Position numbers and translations under genes: made by a program. A stretch of DNA of 64,000 nt from an uncultured Anaerolineaceae bacterium (GTDB lineage: Bacteria; Chloroflexota; Anaerolineae; Anaerolineales; E44-bin32), in contig CAZPZD010000001.1 of NCBI GenBank assembly GCA_964590515.1, forward strand, positions 39,853 through 103,852, in the 5' to 3' direction. Numbering within the stretch: the first letter of the stretch is position 1; the number at the start of each line of letters is the position of its first letter. Positions 53,764 through 63,225 of this stretch are shown here, piece after piece. The notes beneath the pieces were generated by a model, which did not search any database, was not told the origin of the DNA, and saw only the letters and a program-made list of their open reading frames with translations.

Positions 53764-55443
53764 ATGAGCACTGGAAAGGCTGCCGGTCCGCGACCGGTCA
53801 GGTCGCCTCGCGGGACAGAAATATCTTGCAAGGGTTGGCAGCAAGAGGCCGCCCTCCGGATGTTGATGAACAATCTCGACCCGGAAGTGGCGGAGCGGCC
53901 CGACGATCTCATCGTGTATGGCGGACGCGGCCAGGCCGCTCGCAGCTGGGAGGCCTTTGAGGCGATCGTGCAGTCGCTGCGCTCACTCGAAGGCGACGAA
54001 ACCCTGCTGGTTCAGTCCGGGAAACCAGTCGCGGTGTTCCGTACCCACCCGGACGCGCCGCGGGTCCTGCTGGCCAACTCCAACTTGGTCCCGCATTGGG
54101 CGACTCAAGCACACTTCGAGGAGCTGGCGGCCAAGGGCTTGACCATGTACGGCCAGATGACCGCCGGCAGCTGGATCTACATTGGTACCCAGGGCATTCT
54201 GCAAGGAACCTATGAGACCCTAGGTTCTCTCGCAGCACAGCAAGGCTGGGAGAGCCTACGGGGCAAGTTGGTTCTCACCGCTGGGCTGGGCGGTATGGGA
54301 GGGGCTCAACCACTGGCCATCACGATGAACGAGGGCGTGGGCCTGATCGTCGAGGTGGACCCAGACCGGGCGCGGCGGCGGCTCGCCAGCGGTTACCTCG
54401 ATCAGGTCGTCGACACGCTGGAAGAAGCGATGACCGTGCTGGAGGAGGCCCGGGAGGCTGGCGAGCCGAAATCGGTGGGACTGATCGCCAACGCGGCCGA
54501 CATCTTCGCCGAGCTCGTGATTCGGGGGGTCACGCCGGATGTGGTGACGGACCAGACCCCGGCCCACGACCCGCTTTCGTACGTCCCGCACGGGATGAGC
54601 TTAGAGGCAGCTAACCGGCTGAGGATTACGGATCCGACGGCCTACACGCGTGCAAGCGCCCACTCCATGTCCCGCCAGGTCGAGGCGATGCTGGCCTTTC
54701 AGGCGCGCGGGGCAGTGGTCTTCGACTATGGAAACAACTTGCGCCAGCGGGCCTATGAGGCGGGCGTGAGCCACGCGTTCGACTATCCGGGATTCGTGCC
54801 CGCCTATATCCGGCCGCTCTTCTGCCAGGGCAAAGGGCCGTTTCGCTGGGTCGCCCTCTCCGGCAATCCGCAAGACATCTACCGCACCGACGAAGCGATC
54901 ATGGCGCTGTTTCCGGAGGACCGGCATCTCCACCGCTGGCTGGGGCTGGCACGCGAAAAAGTGAAATTCCAGGGGCTGCCGGCCCGGATCTGCTGGCTGG
55001 GTTATGGCGAGCGGGCCGCGGCCGGGCTGAGATTCAATGAGATGGTCGCCAGCGGGGAGCTGACCGCTCCGATCGTCATCGGCCGCGATCACCTCGATGG
55101 GGGCTCAGTGGCCAGTCCCAATCGAGAAACCGAGCGGATGCGGGACGGCAGCGATGCGATCTCCGATTGGCCGCTGCTCAACGCCATGCTCAACGCGGTG
55201 GCCGGGGCGACCTGGGTTTCATTCCACCACGGGGGTGGGGTCGGAATCGGCTTTTCCCAACACGCCGGGCAGGTCGTCGTGGCGGACGGCACCCCGGAGG
55301 CGGGCCGCCGACTCGAGCGGGTGCTCACAACTGATCCGGGCCTGGCGATTGTGCGCCACGCCGACGCCGGTTATCCCGAGGCAATCGAGGCCGCCCGCCG
55401 GAATGGGATCCAAATGCCGATGCTTCGTTCGGCCGAGCCCTGA
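53764..55443 (+). CDS. hutU: urocanate hydratase
   Basis: Typical size of 559 aa. Motifs [20 protein letters not shown] and [18 protein letters not shown]. Confidence 0.95.
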   Translation: MSTGKAAGPRPVRSPRGTEISCKGWQQEAALRMLMNNLDPEVAERPDDLIVYGGRGQAARSWEAFEAIVQSLRSLEGDETLLVQSGKPVAVFRTHPDAPRVLLANSNLVPHWATQAHFEELAAKGLTMYGQMTAGSWIYIGTQGILQGTYETLGSLAAQQGWESLRGKLVLTAGLGGMGGAQPLAITMNEGVGLIVEVDPDRARRRLASGYLDQVVDTLEEAMTVLEEAREAGEPKSVGLIANAADIFAELVIRGVTPDVVTDQTPAHDPLSYVPHGMSLEAANRLRITDPTAYTRASAHSMSRQVEAMLAFQARGAVVFDYGNNLRQRAYEAGVSHAFDYPGFVPAYIRPLFCQGKGPFRWVALSGNPQDIYRTDEAIMALFPEDRHLHRWLGLAREKVKFQGLPARICWLGYGERAAAGLRFNEMVASGELTAPIVIGRDHLDGGSVASPNRETERMRDGSDAISDWPLLNAMLNAVAGATWVSFHHGGGVGIGFSQHAGQVVVADGTPEAGRRLERVLTTDPGLAIVRHADAGYPEAIEAARRNGIQMPMLRSAEP

Positions 55444-55471
55444 TCTGCAGATGATCGGTCAAAACTCCCGC

Positions 55472-55480
55472 TGATATAAT
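55472..55480 (+). promoter_or_regulatory. extended -10 element TGaTATAAT upstream of the second tRNA-CAU
   Basis: TGATATAAT at 55472-55480, about 31 nt before tRNA position 1. Confidence 0.4.
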
Positions 55481-55511
55481 CGCCCTCGCCGCTTCACCCT
55501 GCAGCAATCGT

Positions 55512-55585
55512 GGCGAGGTAGCTCAATGGCAGAGCAGGGGATTCATAAGCCCTTGGTTGGGAGTTCAAATCTCCCCCTCGCCACC
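55512..55585 (+). tRNA. tRNA with anticodon CAU, elongator type (tRNA-Met, or tRNA-Ile2 if lysidinylated)
   Basis: Acceptor GGCGAGG/CCTCGCC is fully paired. C11:G24 is elongator-type. The anticodon loop is TTCATAA, and the stem GGGGA/GCCCT has an A31/G39 mismatch. T-arm is GGGAG-TTCAAAT-CTCCC. Confidence 0.82.
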
Positions 55586-55681
55586 TGATTCCGAGGCCCG
55601 TTCGGCCGCGGACCAAATCAGTGGGTTGCAAGCACCGATTCGAAGCTGAGCCCGATGTGTACCTGATGAAAGGGTAAACGA

Positions 55682-56125
55682 TTGCAATTCGCGGGGACGG
55701 TGACCATCGAGGCGCCGCGGGCTCAGGTGTGGAAATTCCTCACCGATCCGCACTCGGTCAGCCTGTGCGCCCCGGGGCTCGAATCACTCGACATCATCAT
55801 CCCCGACAAACAGTTCAAGGCAGTCGCCTCGGTGGGGTTCGGGTCGGTCAGAGTCAAGTTCAACATGGACGTCGAGTGGCTCGAGCTCGATCCGCCGAAC
55901 CGGGGCAAGATAAAGGGTAGGGGCTCCGCTCCAGGGAGTGCGGTCGAGGGGTCCAGTGAGATGATCCTGAGGGATCTGCCGAACGGTTTCACCGACATCG
56001 ATTGGACCGCAGAGATAGCAGTGTTCGGGACCATCGCGAGTCTGGCTTCCCGCGTGATGGGAAGCATGACCCGCCGGCTGACCGGCGAGTTCTTCAACTG
56101 CGTTAAAGCGAAGATTGAGGGATGA
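55682..56125 (+). CDS. CoxG-like SRPBCC family protein
   Basis: FAGTVTIEAPRAQVWKFLTDP..V..C.PG.ESL...VGFGSVRVKF follows the CO dehydrogenase subunit G family pattern. TTG start. Confidence 0.78.
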   Translation: MQFAGTVTIEAPRAQVWKFLTDPHSVSLCAPGLESLDIIIPDKQFKAVASVGFGSVRVKFNMDVEWLELDPPNRGKIKGRGSAPGSAVEGSSEMILRDLPNGFTDIDWTAEIAVFGTIASLASRVMGSMTRRLTGEFFNCVKAKIEG

Positions 56126-57390
56126 AGTTCGCTCCTGTCCTGGTCGAACCTGTCGCGGGCCAGCTGGTAGCCAACCTCGTCAATTTCGCCAGGCTGCTGC
56201 GTGCCGTGGGCATGGACGCCCATCCCTCCGGCGTCATGGATCTGGTACGGGCGCTTGACCTGATGGGAATCAAAAGAAGGAGTGAGGTCTACTACACGGC
56301 TCGCGCCTTGCTGGTCACCCGACGCGAGCAGATTTCACTTTTCGACCGGGCATTCGAGTTGTTTTGGCGGGCCCCGGCTGAACGCAATCGCATTCCGATC
56401 GGCGGAGACGGCTCACTCACTCCTCGGCGGAAGTCGCCGGCTGCGGGCGGACTTTCGATCGTCGATCCCAAGGCCTTATCACTTGGTCCGCCGAAAGTTG
56501 CTGGCCCGGCCGAGCAAGAGTCGCAAACCATGCACGCTTCGCACACTTACAGCGCGGCGGAGCTGCTGCGCCGGAAAGACTTCGGATCACTATCGGCCGA
56601 CGAGCTCGAGGAAGTCAAACGATTGATGGCGGAGCTGGTACTGGATCTCGGAGCCCGCCGCAGTCGCCGCTGGCGCCAGGGAGGCAGGTATCCAACCGAC
56701 CTGCACTACAGCATCCGCCGGAGCGTGCACGCGGGAGGAGAGTTGATCGAGCTGTTTGGGCGCCAGCCGAAGTGGAAACCACGGGCCCTGGTGGTTATCG
56801 CCGACATCAGCGGATCGATGGAGCGATACTCCGGCCTGCTGCTGCGATTCATCTGTGGGATAGCCAGGAGCCAGGCTCGTCCGATCGAGTCCTTTGTGTT
56901 CAGCACCCAACTGACCCACATCACCCGCCACCTGGGGAGCCGGGATGTGGAGCGGGCCGTGGCGGAAATCACGCGGAACGTGCCGGATTGGTCCGGCGGA
57001 ACCCGAATTGGTCAGTCGCTGAGGACGTTTAACTTCCAATGGGCCCGCCGGGTACTTGGCAGGGGAGCCGTGGTGCTGCTGATTAGCGACGGCTGGGACC
57101 GAGGCGACAGCGAATTGCTGAGCCGAGAGATGGCCCGCCTCCAACGCAGCTGCCACCGCCTCATTTGGTTGAATCCCCTGTTGGGGTCTCCTCACTTCGA
57201 GCCGCTTACCCTGGGGCTGCAGGCAGCCTTGCCCTTCGTGGATGATTTCCTGCCCATTCACAATCTGGAGAGCTTGGCGCAGCTGGCGGTCGAGCTCGAC
57301 CGATTAGCGCCCCGGCGGCCTTCCAGGCGCCAAGCACACCGGGCGCCCAAACCCGTCACCGAACGGGCTTCGATAGGCTCCCGCCTGTAA
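56122..57390 (+). CDS. VWA-domain CoxE-like protein
   Basis: The N-terminal region is typical of CoxE. The VWA MIDAS motif is VVIADISGSMERYS. It overlaps the coxG-like stop by 4 nt. Confidence 0.78.
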   Translation: MKFAPVLVEPVAGQLVANLVNFARLLRAVGMDAHPSGVMDLVRALDLMGIKRRSEVYYTARALLVTRREQISLFDRAFELFWRAPAERNRIPIGGDGSLTPRRKSPAAGGLSIVDPKALSLGPPKVAGPAEQESQTMHASHTYSAAELLRRKDFGSLSADELEEVKRLMAELVLDLGARRSRRWRQGGRYPTDLHYSIRRSVHAGGELIELFGRQPKWKPRALVVIADISGSMERYSGLLLRFICGIARSQARPIESFVFSTQLTHITRHLGSRDVERAVAEITRNVPDWSGGTRIGQSLRTFNFQWARRVLGRGAVVLLISDGWDRGDSELLSREMARLQRSCHRLIWLNPLLGSPHFEPLTLGLQAALPFVDDFLPIHNLESLAQLAVELDRLAPRRPSRRQAHRAPKPVTERASIGSRL

Positions 57391-57461
57391 CTCACCCCTC
57401 TCTTTCCATTCGACAATCCAGAAGCTAACAACTGGACCTCCCCGCGTAGGATATGTTAGTC

Positions 57462-57490
57462 TTGCCTAAATCTTAATTTTGGCATAGAAT
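57462..57490 (+). promoter_or_regulatory. sigma70-type promoter TTGCCT-17nt-TAGAAT in an AT-rich intergenic region
   Basis: -35 at 57462-57467 and -10 at 57485-57490, 42 nt before ATG 57533. A purine-rich GAGAGAGG Shine-Dalgarno-like tract lies between them. Confidence 0.5.
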
Positions 57491-57532
57491 ATATCGCTTT
57501 GGGCCACTGCCCAATCGAGAGAGGCGGTCCGA

Positions 57533-58435
57533 ATGACCGATGCAATCCGGCTGGAACGGCTGAGCAAGTCCTACGGCAAACAACGCGGAGTGGTTAATCT
57601 GGACTTGGAAGTCCACCCTGGGGAGGTGTTTGGCTATCTAGGCCCCAACGGCGCGGGCAAAACGACCACGATCCGCCTGCTGCTCGATCTGATCCGCCCG
57701 TCGTCGGGTCGAGCCTGGATCTTCGGTCTGGACTGTCAGGCCGAGCCGATCGCGGTCCATCGACGGATCGGTTATGTGCCTGGGGAGCTGGCCCTCTACC
57801 CCCGGTTGACCGGCGAGCAGACCATCAAGCATTTTGCGGCGCTGCGGGGAGGGGCGGACATGGCCTGGGTCAACCAGCTCGCCGAACGGCTTGATTTCGA
57901 CCTCAAGCGTTCCGCCAGAGCGTACTCCAGCGGGAACAAGCGAAAGCTGGGTTTGATCGTGGCCCTGATGACCCGGCCCGAGCTGCTTTTGCTCGACGAG
58001 GCGAGCGCCGGACTCGATCCGCTGGTCCAGCAAGCCTTCTACCAAATCTTGCGTGAGCTGCGGGCGGCCGGCACGACAGTATTTCTCTCATCCCATAACC
58101 TTCCTGAGGTTGAGCGCGTGTGCGATCGGGTCGCGATCATCCGGGAGGGCGCACTGGTCGCGGTCCAGGAGATCAGCAGCCTGAAGGCCAAGGCGCTGCG
58201 CAGAATCGAGATCGTGTTTGACAACCACGTCCCGGTCGCCGAATTCGCAGGCCTCGCCGGAGTGCGGGATGTGAGTGTGACCGATCGACGCTTGACCTTC
58301 ACCGTGCAAGGGTCGCTGGACTCGATCTTCAAAGCGGCGGCCCGCCACACAGTCCAGAACGTAATCAGCTATGAACCGAGTCTGGAGGAAGTGTTCCTGA
58401 CCTTCTACGAAGGAGAGGTGCCCAATGCTCTCTAG
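57533..58435 (+). CDS. ABC transporter ATP-binding protein (ABC-2/drug-exporter type)
   Basis: Walker A GPNGAGKTTT, signature YSSGNKRKL, and Walker B LLLLDEASAGLD. Confidence 0.9.
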   Translation: MTDAIRLERLSKSYGKQRGVVNLDLEVHPGEVFGYLGPNGAGKTTTIRLLLDLIRPSSGRAWIFGLDCQAEPIAVHRRIGYVPGELALYPRLTGEQTIKHFAALRGGADMAWVNQLAERLDFDLKRSARAYSSGNKRKLGLIVALMTRPELLLLDEASAGLDPLVQQAFYQILRELRAAGTTVFLSSHNLPEVERVCDRVAIIREGALVAVQEISSLKAKALRRIEIVFDNHVPVAEFAGLAGVRDVSVTDRRLTFTVQGSLDSIFKAAARHTVQNVISYEPSLEEVFLTFYEGEVPNAL

Positions 58436-59225
58436 TGTTTTTGGCAAGAACCTCTACGACATGCGCCGCGGGTTGATGGGGTGGTCGATTTCAATCCTGT
58501 TGATGAACCTCTGGCTCGTTACTTTCTTTCCAGCGATTCGAGAGAGTGCTTCGGCCCTCGATCAGTATCTGCAGAATCTGCCGCCGAGCTTTGCCGCACT
58601 ATTGGGTGACACGGCGAGTTTCGCCACGATCGAGGGTTACCTATCCGTGGAGCTGTTCACATTCTTTTGGCCCGCCCTCACCCTAGCCTTCGCCATCGGC
58701 GCCGGAGCCGGCACCATCGGTGCCGAGGAAGAAAGCGGGACGCTGGATTTGTTGCTCTCCCTCCCGATTCCCCGCTGGCGCCTGCTGCTGGAAAAGTTCG
58801 CCGCGGTCACGGTGTTCAGTGGAATCGCGATCGGCGCCGGCTTGGTCGGCCTGATCCTCGGGACTCTCATCGTGGATGAGGCCATCGACATCGGCAATCT
58901 GGGGGCGGCGGTATTGAGCATCTGGCTGCTGACCCTACTCTTCGCCACGTTGAGCCTGGCGCTCACCGGGGTGGGGCTGCGCCGGGGAGCAGCGGCCGGC
59001 ATCGGGGCGGGAGTGGCGGCGATTACCTTCCTGATCAATACCCTCGGTCCCTTGGCCGATCTACCCGAGATATTGCGCCGCATGAGCCCCTGGTATTACT
59101 ACGACGGCGGAGCGGCGCTCAGCGAAGGTCTTTCGCTGGGGAACTCTGCGTTGCTCGCTGGGCTGGTGATCGCGTTCCTGGCGGTCGCCCTGGTTGGGTT
59201 TCAAAGGCGAGACCTGGCGGTCTAA
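58425..59225 (+). CDS. ABC-2 family transporter permease
   Basis: Six predicted TM helices. It overlaps the ATPase gene by 11 nt. Confidence 0.75.
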   Translation: MLSSVFGKNLYDMRRGLMGWSISILLMNLWLVTFFPAIRESASALDQYLQNLPPSFAALLGDTASFATIEGYLSVELFTFFWPALTLAFAIGAGAGTIGAEEESGTLDLLLSLPIPRWRLLLEKFAAVTVFSGIAIGAGLVGLILGTLIVDEAIDIGNLGAAVLSIWLLTLLFATLSLALTGVGLRRGAAAGIGAGVAAITFLINTLGPLADLPEILRRMSPWYYYDGGAALSEGLSLGNSALLAGLVIAFLAVALVGFQRRDLAV

Positions 59226-59247
59226 CGGTGAGCTCGGGGGTCGTTCT

Positions 59248-59285
59248 AAGCAGGGCGCCGTGACCGGCGCCCTGCTTGCTTCTCG
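59248..59285 (+). terminator. terminator hairpin after the ABC-2 permease
   Basis: Perfect 13-bp stem aagcagggcgccg / cggcgccctgctt with a 4-nt loop. The tail GCTTCTCG is T-poor. Confidence 0.6.
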
Positions 59286-59350
59286 TCGAGCGACTTGCGG
59301 AAAGCAACACGGAAAGTAAGATTCTTGGTCGTGGTTGGCTGCAGCACCGG

Positions 59351-60316
59351 ATGAGCTCGAGAAGGGCACAGGGAATGGCGCTTTTGATTCTGCTGGCCGC
59401 GCTGACGGCGCCCGCTGCCCCGGCGCGGGCTCAGACCACGGACCGCTATTACTCTGAAACCGGGCACACCCTCAGCGCGACCTTCGAGCTCTTCTACGAC
59501 ACCCGCGGAGGCCCGGCGACTTTCGGCTTTCCGATTACCGAGGCCTTCGTCGATCCGTTTTCGGGTCTGCTGGTTCAGTATCTGGAGAATGCCCGGCTTG
59601 AATTGGCCCCGGACCCCAGTTCGGAAGAGCTGCAGGTGCGGGTCGCCGATCTCGGCGTCTTGATCGGCGGATGGGATCTCCCAATTCCGGCCAGCCGGTT
59701 TCCCATCGGCAACTCCCCAGGGTGCCGATTCTACGAGGGTTCCGGGCATCAGGTCTGCCACGCCTTCCTGGATTTCTATGAGCGCCAAGGAGGGGCCGGG
59801 GTATTCGGGCTTCCCATCAGCGAATTCCGGATCGAACAGGCGCGGGTGGTTCAGTATTTCCACGATTTCCGGCTGGATTGGTACCCGGAGGCCGAAGATG
59901 GGCGGCCAATCCGGATCGCAGCGCTCGGCCGGGCGCACTTCGACCGCATGGGTTACTCACCCGATCTGCTCGCGCCGGTGGATCCGGCTGACCTGGGGCT
60001 GTATTCGATCCTTGCGCTTCAAACCAGCGCCTCCGTTCTGAATCCGCTCCTAGGGGCCGGAGAAACCCAGCGCGCCTATCTGATCGTCAGTGATCAGAAT
60101 AACCGGCCCGTAGCCGGTGCGGCCGCGCTGCTGACCGTGTACCTGCCGGATGGGCTGGAGTTCAAAATGATGCCGTTGACCGACCGCAACGGGGTGGCCC
60201 AATTGGAGTTGACGCTTGAAAGCCAGCTGCCGGGGACTCGGATTGCGCTGGAGTACACGGTCGTCTTCGAAGGACTTTTCGCCCTCACCCGCGATTCGTT
60301 TTACGTCTGGTGGTGA
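59351..60316 (+). CDS. secreted protein with two LGFP-like repeats and a C-terminal beta-sandwich-like region
   Basis: Signal peptide MSSRRAQGMALLILLAALTAPAAPARA. The repeated pattern F..FY...GG...FG(F/L)PI(T/S)E......QYF/QYLE resembles LGFP repeats. Confidence 0.5.
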   Translation: MSSRRAQGMALLILLAALTAPAAPARAQTTDRYYSETGHTLSATFELFYDTRGGPATFGFPITEAFVDPFSGLLVQYLENARLELAPDPSSEELQVRVADLGVLIGGWDLPIPASRFPIGNSPGCRFYEGSGHQVCHAFLDFYERQGGAGVFGLPISEFRIEQARVVQYFHDFRLDWYPEAEDGRPIRIAALGRAHFDRMGYSPDLLAPVDPADLGLYSILALQTSASVLNPLLGAGETQRAYLIVSDQNNRPVAGAAALLTVYLPDGLEFKMMPLTDRNGVAQLELTLESQLPGTRIALEYTVVFEGLFALTRDSFYVWW

Positions 60317-60437
60317 CCGCTTCGGTCGGAGCTGTCGAGCACACTTCGTGAGGAATTTCACTATCGCGGACCCCCGGCGCCCCGGACCCTTCATCGCCGC
60401 AGCCCCATCCATAAGACTTGTGATAGCATCGACCCTA

Positions 60438-60453
60438 CCTACCGTTCGGTAGG
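60438..60453. promoter_or_regulatory. inverted repeat CCTACC-GTTC-GGTAGG, candidate TetR operator
   Basis: Perfect 6-bp arms with a 4-bp spacer, 12-30 nt upstream of the two possible TetR start codons. Confidence 0.4.
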
Positions 60454-60464
60454 GTTGGAAAGGA

Positions 60465-61058
60465 GTGGGGAGTCCTCGGCCGATGCAGCGGGAGGACATC
60501 ATTCTTGCGGCCGCCCAAGTCTTTCGGCAGAAGGGCTACCACGCCGCGTCCATGCAGGACATCGCCGAATCCGTCCAGCTGCAGAAGGGCAGCCTCTATC
60601 ACCATATCCACAGCAAGCAGGAACTGCTGTTGGAAATCCTCGATCGGGCCCTGGACGCGCTGATCGCCGATCTGCAGCCCATTGCTGACTCGGATCGCCC
60701 GCCGGGCGAGAAGCTGCGGGCCGCAATGCAGTCCTACATCGCCCGCATGACCCGCAACTCCGACCTCGCAGCCGTCCTGCTGCTCGAGCACCGAAGCTTG
60801 CAGCCCGCCCTTCGCAAAGCCCACATCGCCCGCAGGGACCGATTTGAATCTCTCTGGCGTCAGATCGTCCGCGAAGGTATCCGCCGCGGCGACTTTCGTC
60901 CGATGGATGAGTCGGTCGTCACCTTCGCCCTGCTCGGGGTTCAGAATTGGCTGATCACTTGGTACCAGGAAGGCGGGCGGTACCACCCCGATCAGCTGGC
61001 AGCCCAATTCACTCAACTCTTTCTCACCGGGCTGGCACAGGATACCAAGTCCGCATGA
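60465..61058 (+). CDS. TetR/AcrR family transcriptional regulator
   Basis: N-terminal HTH ILAAAQVFRQKGYHAASMQDIAESVQLQKGSLYHHI. The start is uncertain (GTG 60465 or ATG 60483). Confidence 0.88.
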   Translation: MGSPRPMQREDIILAAAQVFRQKGYHAASMQDIAESVQLQKGSLYHHIHSKQELLLEILDRALDALIADLQPIADSDRPPGEKLRAAMQSYIARMTRNSDLAAVLLLEHRSLQPALRKAHIARRDRFESLWRQIVREGIRRGDFRPMDESVVTFALLGVQNWLITWYQEGGRYHPDQLAAQFTQLFLTGLAQDTKSA

Positions 61059-62137
61059 AAGCTCAGCCTCAGGCATTCATCACTCGGGCGGGCGCCCGAA
61101 TCTACCGGATCCCGCTGGAGCTGTTCCCTCAACTCGAAGGATTTGCGCACGTGGTCGTCACCGACCAGCTGGTTGCCCTGGTCGACGTGGGTTCCGGTTT
61201 CGGTGATTCCAATGAGCAGTTGGAGGCCGGCCTGGCCAGCTTGCGCTCTCAGTACGGCGAACCCATAGGTTGGTCCGATCTAACCCACATCCTTATCACT
61301 CACGCTCACATCGACCACTTTGGCGGGCTGCCGTACGTACGCACGCGGACCGCCGCGCCCATCGGAATACACGAACTAGACCGCCGGGTGATCACCGGTT
61401 ACGAGGAACGGTTGGCCACCGTCGCCAGCCGGCTCAGGCGATTCCTCGCGGAGGCCGGCGTCGAGACCGAAGAACAGACCGACCTCATGGATCTCCATCA
61501 ATTGGGGAAGCAGCTCTATGCATCGATGCCGGTGGAATTTACCTACGCGGCGGCCGGGATGGTTCTGGGTCCCCTCGAATTCGTTCACGTTCCCGGGCAC
61601 TCGCCGGGGCAGGTCTTGATCCTGCTCGATGAGCTGATGTTGTCCGGAGACCACATCCTGGCCGAGATCAGCCCCCACGTCGCGCCGGAGCGGCTCAGCC
61701 TCAACACCGGGCTCGGTCACTACCTCGAGTCCCTTAGGCGGACCCGTCCGCTGGCCGAACGAACGCGTCTGGTGCTTGGTGGCCACAATCCGCCCTTCAC
61801 CGATCTGGCTGGTCGGGTAGATGAGATCGGGGAACTGTACCGTGGCAGGTTGGCCCGAGTGCTCGAGCTCACAGCCAGCGCTCGCACCGTGGCCGAGATC
61901 GCCAAGGAGCTGTTCGGTCCGACCGGTGGATACCATCGACTGCTGGCCCTGGAAGAAGCCGGCGCCTACGTGGAATACCTGCACCAGCGCGGGTCCCTCG
62001 GCATCCCGGATTTCGAACGAATGGAACAGGAGCAGCCCGGCCCGGTTCGATATCAACGGCTGGAGGGCGAGACCGATCAGGTTCTCGATCTCGCAGCTGC
62101 GTCGGCTGAGATCGGAGAGCCCAATTTACGGATTTGA
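61055..62137 (+). CDS. MBL-fold metallo-hydrolase
   Basis: ITHAHIDHFGG (HxHxDH) and VPGHSPG. An ATGA overlap with the tetR stop supports the internal start. Confidence 0.8.
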   Translation: MKAQPQAFITRAGARIYRIPLELFPQLEGFAHVVVTDQLVALVDVGSGFGDSNEQLEAGLASLRSQYGEPIGWSDLTHILITHAHIDHFGGLPYVRTRTAAPIGIHELDRRVITGYEERLATVASRLRRFLAEAGVETEEQTDLMDLHQLGKQLYASMPVEFTYAAAGMVLGPLEFVHVPGHSPGQVLILLDELMLSGDHILAEISPHVAPERLSLNTGLGHYLESLRRTRPLAERTRLVLGGHNPPFTDLAGRVDEIGELYRGRLARVLELTASARTVAEIAKELFGPTGGYHRLLALEEAGAYVEYLHQRGSLGIPDFERMEQEQPGPVRYQRLEGETDQVLDLAAASAEIGEPNLRI

Positions 62138-62156
62138 GCCGAGCGAAGAGCAGCGC

Positions 62157-63206
62157 ATGCTGGTCGAGGCGGTCCGGCGCTACGCCACGACCGATCTGCG
62201 TCCGGCCGCCCACGAGGCAGACGAGCGCGGTGAGCTTCCACCTGGCCTGATCGCCAAAGGGTGGGAACTGGGGTTGCTGCAGGCGAGCGTGCCTGAGCGT
62301 TTCGGCGGATTCGGGGACCGCTCGGCCGTGACCGGCGTGCTAGCCGCGGAGGAACTGGCCTGGGGTGATCTGGCAGGCGCGCTGGCGATCCTGAACCCCA
62401 ATGCCTTCGTGCTGCCGGTGCTGATGGGCGGCAACGATGACCAGAAACAGAACTGGATCCCGGAAGTAATCGGCTCGGGCTGGCGACCGCATGCCGCCGC
62501 GCTCTTCGAGCCGCATTTCGACTTCACTCCGGGCGAGATGCGCACCGTAGCTACGGTGACGAATGGCGGATACGCCATATCCGGCCGAAAGATTCACGTG
62601 CCCTTCGCCGCCCAGTCCGAGCAGCTTCTGGTTTTCGCCGACCTGAACGGTTCACCGCAGGCCTTCGTGGTGCCGCGCCCGGCCGACGGCCTCCAGATCG
62701 GCAATCGGCAGCAGCTGCTCGGGCTCCACGCGCTCCCGCTCTTCGAGATCACTCTCGATCACGTCCGGGTCGCGGCCGAGGGCCGCTTGGCCCGCCTCGA
62801 CTTTCCATTGATCCTGGCCTCGTTTCAGGTGGCGATCGCCGCCGCGGCGATGGGTGTCAGCCGGGCTGCCCTTGAATACGCGCTGCAATACGCTAAGCAG
62901 CGGGAGGCCTTTGGCGGTCCGATCGCCCAGAAGCAATCGATCGCGTTCATGCTGGCAGAGATGGCGACCGAGATCGATGGAGCCAGGCTCATGGTCTGGG
63001 AGGCAGCCTGGCAGTTGGATCAGGGGATCCCCGCTGCCAGGTCGGCGTACCTGGCGCTGCTCGCCGCGGCCGACACGGCGATGATGGTCACCGACCGGGC
63101 GGTGCAAATCCTCGGCGGGCACGGGTACATTCGGGAACATCCGGTCGAGCGTTGGATGAGGGACGCTCGCGGCATTCAAACCTTCCTCGGACTGGCCATG
63201 GTATGA
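62157..63206 (+). CDS. acyl-CoA dehydrogenase family protein with degenerate active-site motifs (candidate non-catalytic subunit)
   Basis: ACAD fold is evident (SEEQRMLVEAVRRY..., ALEYALQYAKQREAFGGPIAQKQ, ILGGHGYIREHPVERWMRDAR). The true start may lie a few codons upstream of ATG 62157, because FEPSEEQ precedes it in frame. Confidence 0.82.
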   Translation: MLVEAVRRYATTDLRPAAHEADERGELPPGLIAKGWELGLLQASVPERFGGFGDRSAVTGVLAAEELAWGDLAGALAILNPNAFVLPVLMGGNDDQKQNWIPEVIGSGWRPHAAALFEPHFDFTPGEMRTVATVTNGGYAISGRKIHVPFAAQSEQLLVFADLNGSPQAFVVPRPADGLQIGNRQQLLGLHALPLFEITLDHVRVAAEGRLARLDFPLILASFQVAIAAAAMGVSRAALEYALQYAKQREAFGGPIAQKQSIAFMLAEMATEIDGARLMVWEAAWQLDQGIPAARSAYLALLAAADTAMMVTDRAVQILGGHGYIREHPVERWMRDARGIQTFLGLAMV

Positions 63207-63225
63207 GCGGCGAACGGAGCCCGAG

